A DNA stretch of 48,736 bases from Chlamydiae bacterium SM23_39 (GCA_001303765.1 LJUH01000002.1:1-48736); one strand, 5' to 3'. Positions 33,851 through 43,965 are shown, numbered from the stretch's first letter. The notes: generated by a model not told the origin, from the letters alone. Program-made: numbers and translations.

Positions 33851-34208
33851 TATTGATGTGATTCAATAAAAGTAGACACTTTAAAAAGTGAGAATTTTTA
33901 AAATTGTAGTAATACCAATTCAAATTGACCTGCCCCCCTAAATTTGTCCATTTTTAAGTTTAGTCTTTACATTATTTTTTAATGTTGAACAAAGTATATA
34001 TCTTATCGTTTTTTAAAATAAAATTTTGAAAAATTTAAAGCATTTTTCAACTTCTATAGATATATATAAATTATTTGGCCTGCAAAAAATAATTTGTTTG
34101 ACTTTGATAAAAAAAATATCTATGATATATATTAAATTACATCCCGCATGGTTTATCTATGCGAAAGCCACGGGTTCCGACTTGTGGTTTATTTTTTTTG
34201 GAGCTTTA

Positions 34209-34851
34209 ATGCCACAGCAACGTGTTATTTGTTTCATAGATGGATTTAATCTTTATCATGCTATTGATAAATTAAATATGCCGTATTTAAAATGGATAAA
34301 TCTAAAATGTCTAGCTTCTGTTTTTATAAGACCAAAATCACAAGTATTAGTAGATGTATATTATTTTTCTGCATATGCAAATTGGCTTCCTAAATCAAAA
34401 AAACGACATTTACAATATGTTAAAGCATTAAATTCTGTTGGAGTAAAATTAGTGATGGGAAAATTTAAATCTAAAAAACAGAAAATGTCCAAAATGCAAA
34501 ATTTCCTGGAATGGCCATGAAGAGAAAGAAACAGATGTTAACATTGCATTAGCTTTGCTTAATTTAGCATATAAAAATGCTTATGATCATGCATATTTAA
34601 TTTCTAATGATTCAGATTTATCACCAGCTATTCACTTGATACGAACAAACTTTCCTGAAAAAATGTTCACTACAATATCTCCTCCGCACTATTATCATAG
34701 CAATGAATTAATAAAAGCTTCTTCAGGAAAAGCTAAGATAAAAATAGAGCATTTAAAAAGATGTTTATTTCCTCAAAATATTTTTGATGTTGGAGGAAAT
34801 ATTGTTACCACTTGTCCTAAAGAATACATGCCACAAGAAATATCGTCATAA
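34209..34851 (+). pseudogene. NYN-domain (LabA-like) nuclease gene disrupted by a +1 frameshift in an A-run
   Basis: MPQQRVICFIDGFNLYHAIDKL... matches an NYN N-terminus. Frame A stops at 34520. The +1 frame continues KCPKCKISWNGHEEKETDVNIALALLNLAYKNAYDHAYLISNDSDLSPAI (NYN acidic motifs). Removing one A from the A6 run at 34473..34478 restores a single approx 213-aa ORF. Confidence 0.7.
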
Positions 34852-34859
34852 TTATGTAT
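34778..34859 (+). repeat. 82-bp direct repeat, copy B (3' end of the NYN gene)
   Basis: See copy A. The copies lie 1009 bp apart, start to start. Confidence 0.9.
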
Positions 34860-35033
34860 AATTATCACTTAAATATACTTAGAAAATTTCAATTAATATC
34901 ATTATCTAAAGTCTAAAAAGGGACCATTTCTACTTAGCTCTGACACTGCGTTAACATTTCTTGATGAAGAGTTGTATGCAGGCAATACATTTTTGAATAA
35001 AATGGTATTGAAAATATTAAAATATAAATAATT

Positions 35034-36830
35034 TTAGGTAGACTCTAAAAGACTGTCTAATAAAATGTTTGTGTCCTTGACAAAATCAGTTACCTTAGAT
35101 ATTGGATACTCTTTTTGTGCTATTAAAGCTAAATTATAAGCATGAACTATTAAGCTTTTAGCAAGAGTTGGATTTTTATTTTTTATGAGATAAGCTTTAT
35201 AAATAATTTTACTATTGGTATTAACAACAAAAGTTTTAGACATAGGGAGATCAGATTCATTATGCGTTAGCTTCATATATTCTTTAAAACGCCTATTTTC
35301 TTCTTCTATCATTATAAATCCGGAGATCAAATTAGTTGAAAAGCTTTTAGCTTTTATTTTTAAATTCTCTTCTATGGAAGAGAGTATTGATTTAATAAAT
35401 TCTTCTATTTTAGAATTTTCAGATTTCCCCTCTTTATCTACTAATATTTTTTCTTTAGAGGGATCTAAGAAAGAGGGATCTATCTCTGAATCTATTCTTT
35501 GAAATTTTATAGATTTATTTTTTTCAAGATATTTACTCTCTAACATATTTAAAATTGCAGTATCTATATAAGGATTTGTGAAGATGATTTCTTTTTTTTT
35601 ATTAAAGATATTAAGAAAAGTATGATTTTCATCATGAGAATAAAAAATCTTATCTCCTTTATTTCTTTCTAAATATTCTTCAATAGTTGTCCAATTACCA
35701 TCACTATTTTTCCAGATAAGAAAATTTTTTGATTTTTCATAAAAGGAGTCATCTTGAAGCATAGCTATTTTTATAAATACCTCTATATCTTGCCAGTAAC
35801 TTACAAATTGTTTTCTTTGGGAAATATATATATTTGTTAACTTATCAGAGATTTTTTTGGAGATATGGCTAGATATTTTTTTTATTGATGGATCTACCTG
35901 TAGATAGCTTCTAGATACATTTAATGGAATATCGGAAGAATCAATAGCACCTTTTAAAATAGTTAAATGATCTGCAAGTAGATCTTTGCAATTATCTGTT
36001 ACAAAAACTCTATTGCAAAAAAGTTTTATATTGCTAAGTTGAGGTTCTAAATTTTTTATTTTTGGAAAAAATAAGATTCCTTTTAAATGAAAGGGATAAT
36101 CGACATTTAAATGAATCCAAAAAATAGGATCTGGATCTTTAGGATACAATTCTTTGTAAAATTCTAAATATTCTTTATCAGTGCATTCTGAAGAATTTTT
36201 AAGCCAAAGAGGATCTTTGTTATTAAAATGTTTTTCATTTAAATAAATAGAAAAAGGAAGATAAGGACAATATTTTTTTAATGTCTCTTTTATTTTATCT
36301 TCATTTAAAAATTCTAAAGATTGCTCATCTATATGTAAAATTACCTCTGTGCCATTGTCTTGTAACTCTTCTTCTTTTATAAAATAATCTGAAGAGCCAT
36401 CACAAGACCAAAATACTCCTTTTTCTTCTTTTTTATAGGATTTTGTTTTTAATTCTACCCTTTTAGCTACCATATAAGAAGAGAAAAAACCAAGACCAAA
36501 ATGTCCAATTATCTCTTCTTGTGATTTATATTTTTCTAAAAATTCCTGAGCTCCTGAAAAAGCTATTTGTGTGATATATTTTTCTACCTCTTCTTGTGTC
36601 ATCCCTATTCCATTATCAGAGATGCTAAGAGTCTTTTTATTTGTATCTATTTTTATAGAGATTTTAAAATCTTTTTTTAAAATTTTGTTATCTAAAATTT
36701 TTAATTTGTGAATAGCATCACAGCTATTGGATATTAATTCTCTTAAAAAAATATCTTTATCAGAATACAACCATTTTTTAATAATAGGTAAAATATCTGA
36801 GCTTTTAACAGATAGAGAGCCTTTTTTCAT
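35034..36830 (-). CDS. htpG: Molecular chaperone HtpG (Hsp90)
   Basis: 598 aa. GHKL ATPase motifs (IFLRELISNSCDA, DNGIGMT, GHFGLGFFS). Full-length Hsp90 architecture. Confidence 0.95.
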   Translation of the reverse strand: MKKGSLSVKSSDILPIIKKWLYSDKDIFLRELISNSCDAIHKLKILDNKILKKDFKISIKIDTNKKTLSISDNGIGMTQEEVEKYITQIAFSGAQEFLEKYKSQEEIIGHFGLGFFSSYMVAKRVELKTKSYKKEEKGVFWSCDGSSDYFIKEEELQDNGTEVILHIDEQSLEFLNEDKIKETLKKYCPYLPFSIYLNEKHFNNKDPLWLKNSSECTDKEYLEFYKELYPKDPDPIFWIHLNVDYPFHLKGILFFPKIKNLEPQLSNIKLFCNRVFVTDNCKDLLADHLTILKGAIDSSDIPLNVSRSYLQVDPSIKKISSHISKKISDKLTNIYISQRKQFVSYWQDIEVFIKIAMLQDDSFYEKSKNFLIWKNSDGNWTTIEEYLERNKGDKIFYSHDENHTFLNIFNKKKEIIFTNPYIDTAILNMLESKYLEKNKSIKFQRIDSEIDPSFLDPSKEKILVDKEGKSENSKIEEFIKSILSSIEENLKIKAKSFSTNLISGFIMIEEENRRFKEYMKLTHNESDLPMSKTFVVNTNSKIIYKAYLIKNKNPTLAKSLIVHAYNLALIAQKEYPISKVTDFVKDTNILLDSLLEST

Positions 36831-36882
36831 TTTTTACTATAAGTAAAATATAAAAAATGATTTAAGTCAAGAAAGGAGAAAT

Positions 36883-38514
36883 ATGAAAATTTATGTAGCT
36901 CAACTAAATCCAGTAGTTGGAGATATAAAAAGAAATACAGATAAAATTATACATGAGATCCATAAAGCTAAAAGAGAGAAGGCAGATATCTTTTTAGCTT
37001 CGGAACTTTTTATTTGTGGTTATCCTCCTCTTGATCTGCTTTTTTTTGAAGATTTTATACAAGAAATAGAGAAAAGTATTTTGAGGATTAAAGAAGCAAC
37101 GAAGGATCTTTTTGTGGTTTTGGGAGCCCCAAGGAAAACTGGAAAAGAGAAAGGGAAAATTTTATATAATAGCGCTGTTGTTATATATAATGGAGAAATT
37201 TTGGGATATAAGGATAAGACTCTTCTTCCTGAATATGATGTTTTTAATGAGACTAGATATTTTGAACCAGGTGATGAAGAAAAAGTATGGGAGTATAAAG
37301 GAAAAAAGATTGGGATTTTTATATGCGAAGATGTATGGCAACATGCTAAGATTTCGAGAGAGATTAGATATTGGAGAGATCCGGTTGAGGATATGAAAAA
37401 ATTAAAACCTGATCTGGTTTTGAATCTATCAGCTTCTCCTTATTATTTTAAAAAAAATGATATAAGATTGGAGATATATAAAAAAGCTGCTGCTGATTTG
37501 AAATGTCCTTTAATATTATGCAATCAGGTAGGAGCTAATGATCAACTCGTTTTTGATGGGTATAGCACTTATTTTGACAGCGGTGGCAATCTTATACAGA
37601 TGGCTAAAGGATTTGTTGAAGAGGGCATTATTTTTGATTTGGAAGAGACCTTTTCTGAAATTTTTATGGTTAACCCTATTAAAGATCTGTATGATGCATT
37701 AGTTTTAGGGGTTAGAGATTATTTTTATAAGCAGGGATTTTCTAAAGCTTGTATAGGACTTTCTGGAGGAATAGATTCTTCTTTAACAGCATGTATAGCT
37801 GTAGATGCTTTAGGATCACAAAATATTTTAGGTGTTAGGATGCCATCTAGATTTTCCTCTCTTGCTAGCTTGGAAGATGCTGGAATAGTTGCTGAAAATT
37901 TAAGGATAGAACTTAAAGATATTTCTATAGATAGTATATTTCAGGATTTTTTAGATCTTTTTAGTCCTATTTTTTATGGAAAAGTTTTTGGTACAGCAGA
38001 AGAAAATATTCAAGCTAGGATAAGAGGTATGATATTGATGGGGATATCTAATAAATTGGGATATGTTGTGTTAAGTACTGGGAATAAAAGTGAGATGGCT
38101 ATTGGATATACAACTTTGTATGGAGATATGTGCGGAGGCCTTGCGCTTTTGAGCGATGTTTCTAAGACTTTAATATATAAAATAGCTAATTGGATAAATG
38201 AAAAAAAAGAGATTATTCCTAAAAGTATATTTGAAAAAGAACCATCAGCTGAATTAAAACCCAATCAAACGGATAGAGAAGCTGTTTATGATTATTCTAT
38301 TGTTGATGTAATATTGGAAGAATATGTAGAAAATCATATAACGGCGGAAGAGATTATAAAAAAGCATAATATCGATAGAGAGATAGTTCAAGATTTAGTT
38401 GAAAGAATACATATTGCTGAATTTAAAAGAAGACAGGGGCCATTAGGAATAAATATTAGTAAGAAATCTTTTAGTAGAGGAAGAGTTTTTCCTGTTGTTC
38501 AGGGATGGATATAA
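36883..38514 (+). CDS. nadE: Glutamine-dependent NAD+ synthetase
   Basis: 543 aa. N-terminal CN-hydrolase domain (IGIFICEDVW) and C-terminal ATP-pyrophosphatase domain with SGGIDSS. Confidence 0.95.
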   Translation: MKIYVAQLNPVVGDIKRNTDKIIHEIHKAKREKADIFLASELFICGYPPLDLLFFEDFIQEIEKSILRIKEATKDLFVVLGAPRKTGKEKGKILYNSAVVIYNGEILGYKDKTLLPEYDVFNETRYFEPGDEEKVWEYKGKKIGIFICEDVWQHAKISREIRYWRDPVEDMKKLKPDLVLNLSASPYYFKKNDIRLEIYKKAAADLKCPLILCNQVGANDQLVFDGYSTYFDSGGNLIQMAKGFVEEGIIFDLEETFSEIFMVNPIKDLYDALVLGVRDYFYKQGFSKACIGLSGGIDSSLTACIAVDALGSQNILGVRMPSRFSSLASLEDAGIVAENLRIELKDISIDSIFQDFLDLFSPIFYGKVFGTAEENIQARIRGMILMGISNKLGYVVLSTGNKSEMAIGYTTLYGDMCGGLALLSDVSKTLIYKIANWINEKKEIIPKSIFEKEPSAELKPNQTDREAVYDYSIVDVILEEYVENHITAEEIIKKHNIDREIVQDLVERIHIAEFKRRQGPLGINISKKSFSRGRVFPVVQGWI

Positions 38515-38539
38515 TTATTTTGAAAGATTTTTGGTATAG

Positions 38540-38568
38540 TTGACAAAATAGAGATCCATTTATATATA
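38540..38568 (+). promoter_or_regulatory. Candidate promoter of the racemase-permease-ADI operon
   Basis: Perfect TTGACA (38540..38545), 17-nt spacer, TATATA (38563..38568), 14 nt before the ATG at 38582. This implies a very short leader. Confidence 0.4.
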
Positions 38569-38581
38569 TCAAAGAAACATT

Positions 38582-39652
38582 ATGAAATTTCCTCGATTAA
38601 TATGTGATTTAAATAAGATAAAGAAAAATGCAAAGATAGTCGTTTCTTTAGCAAAGAGATATAATATATCTGTTACTGGAATTACAAAAGTAACTTGTGG
38701 AAATCCAAATATAGCTAAAGCTATGGTAAGTGGAGGTGTTAAGATTATTGGGGATTCTAGAATAGAAAATATTAAGAGATTAAAAAAAGAAAAAATAGAT
38801 ACGAGATATATGTTGATTAGATCTCCTATGATAAGTGAAATAGCTGATGTTATAAAATATGCAGATATATCTTTAAATACTGAACTCTCCGTTATAAAAA
38901 AACTTTCTAATTTTGCTAAAAAAAAAAATAAGAGACATAAAGTTATATTGATGGTTGAGATGGGAGATCTTAGAGAAGGAATTTTAAAAGAAGAGTTATC
39001 AAAATTTATTGATGAGACTTTAAAATTTCCAAATATTGAATTATATGGAATAGGAATGAATCATGCATGCTATGGAGGAGTGATACCTACTCAAGAAAAA
39101 ATTGAAGAGTTTGAGGATATTGTTATAAAAATGGAAAGAGATAAAAATATCTCTTTTCAAATGGTAAGTGGAGGAAATTCTTCTATCATTCCACTTTTAA
39201 TAAGTGGTATGAAAAGTAAAAAAATAAATGATATAAGAATAGGAGAAGGGATAATTTTAGGTAGAGAAACAGTGAATAGAAAAGCTTTTTTAAATAGTCA
39301 TCAAGATACTTTTTTGTTAGAGGGAGAGATAATAGAGTTAAAAGATAAACCCTCTCTTCCTTCAGGACAAATAGGGCAAGATGCTTTTGGAAATATTCCT
39401 TCTTTTAAAGATTATGGAGTTATTACAAGAGCATTACTAGCTTTAGGTAGACAGGATACTATTTTTGAAGATCTTATTACAGAAGATGGATTAGAAATTT
39501 TAGGAGCAAGTTCTGACCATCTTATTTTATATTTAAAAAATAGAAGATATAAAGTGGGAGATAAGATTAAATTTAATTTAAAATATGGGGCTTTATTAAG
39601 AGCCTTTACTAGTAAATATGTTAAAAAGATTTTTGTAGATTATGAAGAATAA
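38582..39652 (+). CDS. PLP-dependent amino-acid racemase, alanine/ornithine racemase (YhfX/Orr-like) family
   Basis: 356 aa. N-terminal TIM-barrel pattern with the candidate PLP lysine in GITKVTCG. Size and layout match ornithine racemase-type enzymes. Substrate unknown. Confidence 0.7.
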   Translation: MKFPRLICDLNKIKKNAKIVVSLAKRYNISVTGITKVTCGNPNIAKAMVSGGVKIIGDSRIENIKRLKKEKIDTRYMLIRSPMISEIADVIKYADISLNTELSVIKKLSNFAKKKNKRHKVILMVEMGDLREGILKEELSKFIDETLKFPNIELYGIGMNHACYGGVIPTQEKIEEFEDIVIKMERDKNISFQMVSGGNSSIIPLLISGMKSKKINDIRIGEGIILGRETVNRKAFLNSHQDTFLLEGEIIELKDKPSLPSGQIGQDAFGNIPSFKDYGVITRALLALGRQDTIFEDLITEDGLEILGASSDHLILYLKNRRYKVGDKIKFNLKYGALLRAFTSKYVKKIFVDYEE

Positions 39653-41042
39653 AAAACCTTTAACAGTATTTTTGTTGGCTATGATCTGTTTTGCTGCTAC
39701 TGGAAATATAGCTAACATACCTCTTACAGCATTATATGGTTTTTCAGGCCTTTTTTATTTTGCTTTTTCTGCTATCTTTTTTTTTATTCCATTAGCACTT
39801 GTATCTGCAGAACTCGCAACTGGTTGGCCCCAATCTGGAGGAATATATCTTTGGGTTAAGAAAGCTTTTGGTTCTAGTTTTGGTTTTATTGCTATATGGT
39901 TGCAATGGGTTCAAAATTTAGCTTGGTTTCCTACGATGCTTATTTTTATTGCTTCAACCTTTGGTTTTATAATATTTCCTGAGCTTGCTTCTAATAAGAT
40001 ATATATTTTTTCTGTTTTTATAATAGTATTTTGGAGTATTACTTTACTTAATTTTTTTGGAGTAAAAACATCGGGTTTATTCAGCACTATATGTATTACC
40101 TTAGGAACTATTTTCCCTGGTATCTTTATAGTTATTTTAGGAATTATTTGGATGATAAAAGGGTATCCTAAACAGATTGTTTTTTCTTTTGATTCTCTGG
40201 TTCCTAGTGTAAAATCATTTTCTCAACTAGCACTATTGGCAAGTTTTGTCATTACAACTTCTGGTATGGAGATGCCTGCTGTGCATGCAAAAGATGTTCA
40301 GAATCCTAGAAAAAATTATCCTAAAGCAATTTTGATTGCTACAATATTGATTTTTTCTATATTTTCTATAGGGTCTATTAGTTTAGCAGTTGTAATACCG
40401 AAATCTCAAATATCTTTAGGATCAGGAACTATATCTGCTTTTAGTTATTTTTTAAAAGCTTATCATTTAAATTGGATAATTCCTATATTAGGAATATTAA
40501 TGACTTTTGGAGCATTGGGTATGTTAAATACTTGGACATTAGGTCCAGCAAGAGGTCTTTTAACTACAGCTCAAGAAGGTGAGTTGCCAGCTATTTTTAG
40601 AAAAGTTAATAAAAAAAATATGCCAGTTTCTATTTTGTTAATGCAAGCTTTAATTTCTACTCTTTTAGGGTTGGTGATATTATTTGAACCAACTATAAAT
40701 CAATCTTACTTTTTATTATATGATTTAACAGCATTATTATATTTGTTAATGTATTTATTATTATTTGCATCTTTTATTAGATTAAGATTTAAATATGCTG
40801 ACCATCCTCGACCATTTAAAGTTCCTTTCAAATCTTTTGGAATGTGGTTAATTGGAGGGATAGCTTTATCAGGTGTTTTATTTTGTTTATTAATGGGATT
40901 TTTTCCACCCGAGCAGATAGAACCAGAAAATATTATTTTTTATGAGGTTTTCTTAATAGGAGGAATAGTTATTTTTGCTATTATTCCATTTGTCATTCAT
41001 AGATTTTTTCATAAAAAATGGAAAGAAAGAATTAAGGATTAA
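39642..41042 (+). CDS. APC-superfamily amino-acid transporter (GadC/YjeM-like)
   Basis: 466 aa, approx 12 hydrophobic segments. FFFIPLALVSAELATGWPQSGGIYLWVKKAFG matches the AGT-family N-terminal signature. 11-nt overlap with the racemase gene. Confidence 0.85.
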   Translation: MKNKKPLTVFLLAMICFAATGNIANIPLTALYGFSGLFYFAFSAIFFFIPLALVSAELATGWPQSGGIYLWVKKAFGSSFGFIAIWLQWVQNLAWFPTMLIFIASTFGFIIFPELASNKIYIFSVFIIVFWSITLLNFFGVKTSGLFSTICITLGTIFPGIFIVILGIIWMIKGYPKQIVFSFDSLVPSVKSFSQLALLASFVITTSGMEMPAVHAKDVQNPRKNYPKAILIATILIFSIFSIGSISLAVVIPKSQISLGSGTISAFSYFLKAYHLNWIIPILGILMTFGALGMLNTWTLGPARGLLTTAQEGELPAIFRKVNKKNMPVSILLMQALISTLLGLVILFEPTINQSYFLLYDLTALLYLLMYLLLFASFIRLRFKYADHPRPFKVPFKSFGMWLIGGIALSGVLFCLLMGFFPPEQIEPENIIFYEVFLIGGIVIFAIIPFVIHRFFHKKWKERIKD

Positions 41043-41102
41043 AAAAAAATATTTAATTATTAAAGATTTTTTTTTATTAATAAAAGAAATAGGAGAAATG
41101 AT

Positions 41103-42656
41103 TTGGAAAAAAAAGGATTAAAAAAAGAACTGGGTATTTTTACTTTAGTATCTTTAGGCATTGGAGGTATGATAGGGTCGGGTATATTTATCTTGCCTGC
41201 TATAATGGGTGCATATGCTGGCCCTGGCTTAGTGTTAAGTATTTTTATCTGCGGTATCATAATAATTTTTTTAGGGATTTCTTATGCTGAATTAGGTTCT
41301 GCTTTTCCTATAACAGGAGGCCCTTATTCTTTGCCGAGATTAGCTTTAGGAGATTTTGGTGGATTTATTATGGGATGGGGATATTTTTTGTATCTTTTTA
41401 TTGGAACAGCTGGAGTTATAGATATCTTTGTTGTTTATTTGAGTTTTTATTTTCCTGGATTAGCTCATGGAGCTACTTTAACAGCTCATGGTGTTACGGT
41501 AGCTGTGGCTGTTCTTTGGATTTTAACTATTATAAATGTTTTTGGAGTTAGATGGGGGGGATTATATGCTGTTATAACAACAATAGGAAAGCTTATTCCT
41601 CTTTTAATTTTTGTGTTGGTTGGATTAACTTTTTTTAAAGCTTCCAATTTTAAACCTTTTATACCTTTTGGATTTGAAGGATTTACTCTTTCAATAACAC
41701 TTTTTTTCTGGTCATACACAGGATTTGAAGCAATAGTAGTTCCAACGGAAGAAGTTAAAAACCCCTCAAAAACCATTCCATGGAGTATGATTTTGACACT
41801 TTTAATAACTATTTTAGTTTATGTCGTCATAGCTTTAGTGTTTGTTGGTATGATTGAATGGGATGCTTTAAATTTAGTTAAAAATGATTGGCAGGGAATT
41901 GAAAAACTATCTTCTCCTCTTTCTACTATACCAGAAAAGATGAATCTTCCTATCCTTGCAACAATAGTTGTTATCGGAGCAATTATTGCAACAGCAGGAT
42001 GCGGAGGAAGTTGGGTTTTATTTCAAGGAAGGATGCCTTTTGCTATGGCTAAAGATAAATTATTTTGGAGTCCTATGGCTAGTGTTAATAAAAAATATGG
42101 AACTCCAGCAGCTTCTTTGATTTTTACATCTATTTTGACAACAATTATTTTAATAACTATTCCTAATTTTCCATCTGTTGCGCTGATAGCTTCGGTAGCT
42201 GTTATTGTGCCTTATGCAGCAGCCTCTATCTCACTGGTAATATTAAGAACAACTAAAAAAGATGTTGAGAGGCCTTTTAAATTGCCATTTGCGAAAACGA
42301 TAACTTTATTGGGATTTATCTTTTCAACTTATCTCATATATTGGGCATCATGGCCATGGACATTGGTAGGTATATTATTAATGCTTTCGGGATATCCAAT
42401 ATTTTTATTGATAAGAAGACATGATTTAGAGATAAAAAGAAATTTGTGGATACCTGTTTATCTTATTTTAGTTCTTATTGTTTCAATATTAGGAGATATG
42501 CGTTTTTCTTTACAAAATTTTACACATTTTAATCCATTGCATGTATTGCCTATGCCTTATGATTTAATAATTTTAACTTTTATTGCTATAGGTATTTATT
42601 TTTGGGCTTATAAGATAAATGTAAAATATGATATGAAAAAACAAGGAGGAGAATAA
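41103..42656 (+). CDS. APC-superfamily amino-acid permease (candidate arginine/ornithine exchanger)
   Basis: 517 aa, multi-TM. TTG start 7 nt after AGGAG. GIGGMIGSGIFILPA signature. Its stop overlaps the arcA start (TAATG). Confidence 0.8.
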   Translation: MEKKGLKKELGIFTLVSLGIGGMIGSGIFILPAIMGAYAGPGLVLSIFICGIIIIFLGISYAELGSAFPITGGPYSLPRLALGDFGGFIMGWGYFLYLFIGTAGVIDIFVVYLSFYFPGLAHGATLTAHGVTVAVAVLWILTIINVFGVRWGGLYAVITTIGKLIPLLIFVLVGLTFFKASNFKPFIPFGFEGFTLSITLFFWSYTGFEAIVVPTEEVKNPSKTIPWSMILTLLITILVYVVIALVFVGMIEWDALNLVKNDWQGIEKLSSPLSTIPEKMNLPILATIVVIGAIIATAGCGGSWVLFQGRMPFAMAKDKLFWSPMASVNKKYGTPAASLIFTSILTTIILITIPNFPSVALIASVAVIVPYAAASISLVILRTTKKDVERPFKLPFAKTITLLGFIFSTYLIYWASWPWTLVGILLMLSGYPIFLLIRRHDLEIKRNLWIPVYLILVLIVSILGDMRFSLQNFTHFNPLHVLPMPYDLIILTFIAIGIYFWAYKINVKYDMKKQGGE

Positions 42657-43963
42657 TGGATGGAATTATTAAAGCTGAATGGCATCCTTTGAAAAAAGTG
42701 GTTATTCATAGGCCGGGGATGGAGATGTTTTTGGGACTTTTAGAACCCTATTCCGCTTTATATGAAAGAGCTTTTAGTAGGGAGGGAGCTAGGAAAGAAC
42801 ATGAGTTTTTAGAAAGAATATTAAAATATGAGTTTAATATAGAAGTTATCAAATTAAGAGATACTGTTTTAGATGCAGCCAAGAAAAGACATAGAATAAG
42901 AGAAAAACTTATAGAATTGGCAAGAGACTGTTTGGAATATGGTGGAGATGAAGCAACAATGAAAAGAGCAAAAGAAGAATTTGAAAAAAATATACCCTAT
43001 TTCGATAATCTTCATTTTTTTTATATGATTATGATGAACCCCTTAATATTTTTTAGAACAGCAAAAGGGGCTAGAAATATTGAAGTAAATATAACTGCTA
43101 GGCAACCTGTTGCTAATCTATATTTTATGAGAGATCAACAGTTTATGACAGATAAGGGGATTATTATTTGTCGTATGTCTAAACCAAGCAGAAGGAAAGA
43201 AACTAAAATAACAAGATTTTTATGGGAGGATATTTTAGATTTGCCTATTGAAAAAGAGATAGAAGCACCAGGAACAATAGAGGGAGGAGAATTTATTCCT
43301 ATGGATAAATTTGCTTTGGTAGGAATAGGTGATAGAACAAACAGAGATGCAATAGAGCAACTTTTAACAGTGGATTTCAATTATGAAGAGATAGGTGTAG
43401 TTCACCAACCACTTCATCCTTTAGTTGGATCGGATAAACCTGATCCTATGATAAACATGCATTTAGATACCTATTTTAATGTAGCATCTAGCGAAATAGT
43501 TGTGGGAAGTGAAATACTTTTAAAAAATGCGATTGTAGAAGTATATAGAAATGAGGGTTATGGTAAGTTTACTAAAGAATTAAAAGAAATCAATCTTTAT
43601 GATTATATTAAAAAAAAGAAGTTCGAAATAGTAAACATCACTACTTTAGAACAATTAGCTTATGCTGCTAATTTTTTGTGTGTAGATAATAGACAGATTT
43701 TAGCAGTGGAAGTAGAAAGAAATGTTAAGGGGGTTTTGGATACTTTGAAGATAAGAAGTAGAAGAGAACCTAAAAGACTTGGTAAATTATATAATCAAGC
43801 AATGCAAGATTATGAATATTTAAAAAGCGAAGGTCAATTTTTTCCTCATAAAAAAGAGTTATATAAATTTGGAATAGAAGTTTATCCTGTTTCTCTTAAA
43901 AATTTAACGGGAGGTTTTGGAGCTGCTCATTGCATGACTTGCGTATTAAATAGAGGATTTTAA
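42656..43963 (+). CDS. arcA: Arginine deiminase
   Basis: 435 aa. ADI motifs NLYFMRDQ, IEGGEF, NMHLDT, and the C-terminal catalytic cysteine in GGFGAAHCMTC. Confidence 0.85.
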   Translation: MDGIIKAEWHPLKKVVIHRPGMEMFLGLLEPYSALYERAFSREGARKEHEFLERILKYEFNIEVIKLRDTVLDAAKKRHRIREKLIELARDCLEYGGDEATMKRAKEEFEKNIPYFDNLHFFYMIMMNPLIFFRTAKGARNIEVNITARQPVANLYFMRDQQFMTDKGIIICRMSKPSRRKETKITRFLWEDILDLPIEKEIEAPGTIEGGEFIPMDKFALVGIGDRTNRDAIEQLLTVDFNYEEIGVVHQPLHPLVGSDKPDPMINMHLDTYFNVASSEIVVGSEILLKNAIVEVYRNEGYGKFTKELKEINLYDYIKKKKFEIVNITTLEQLAYAANFLCVDNRQILAVEVERNVKGVLDTLKIRSRREPKRLGKLYNQAMQDYEYLKSEGQFFPHKKELYKFGIEVYPVSLKNLTGGFGAAHCMTCVLNRGF

Positions 43964-43965
43964 AA

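Noticed and set aside
34026-34208. The ORF-track extension of the NYN frame back to a TTG at 34026 (MKNLKHFSTSIDIYKLF...).
   Set aside because: The extension is AT-rich low-complexity, crosses the hairpin/U-run element, and lacks an RBS. The ATG at 34209 has a GGAG RBS and begins exactly at the conserved NYN N-terminus.
41098-41121. An ATG at 41098 as a possible start of the second permease.
   Set aside because: That frame hits a TAA after 7 codons. The TTG at 41103, 7 nt downstream of AGGAG, opens the 517-aa permease frame.
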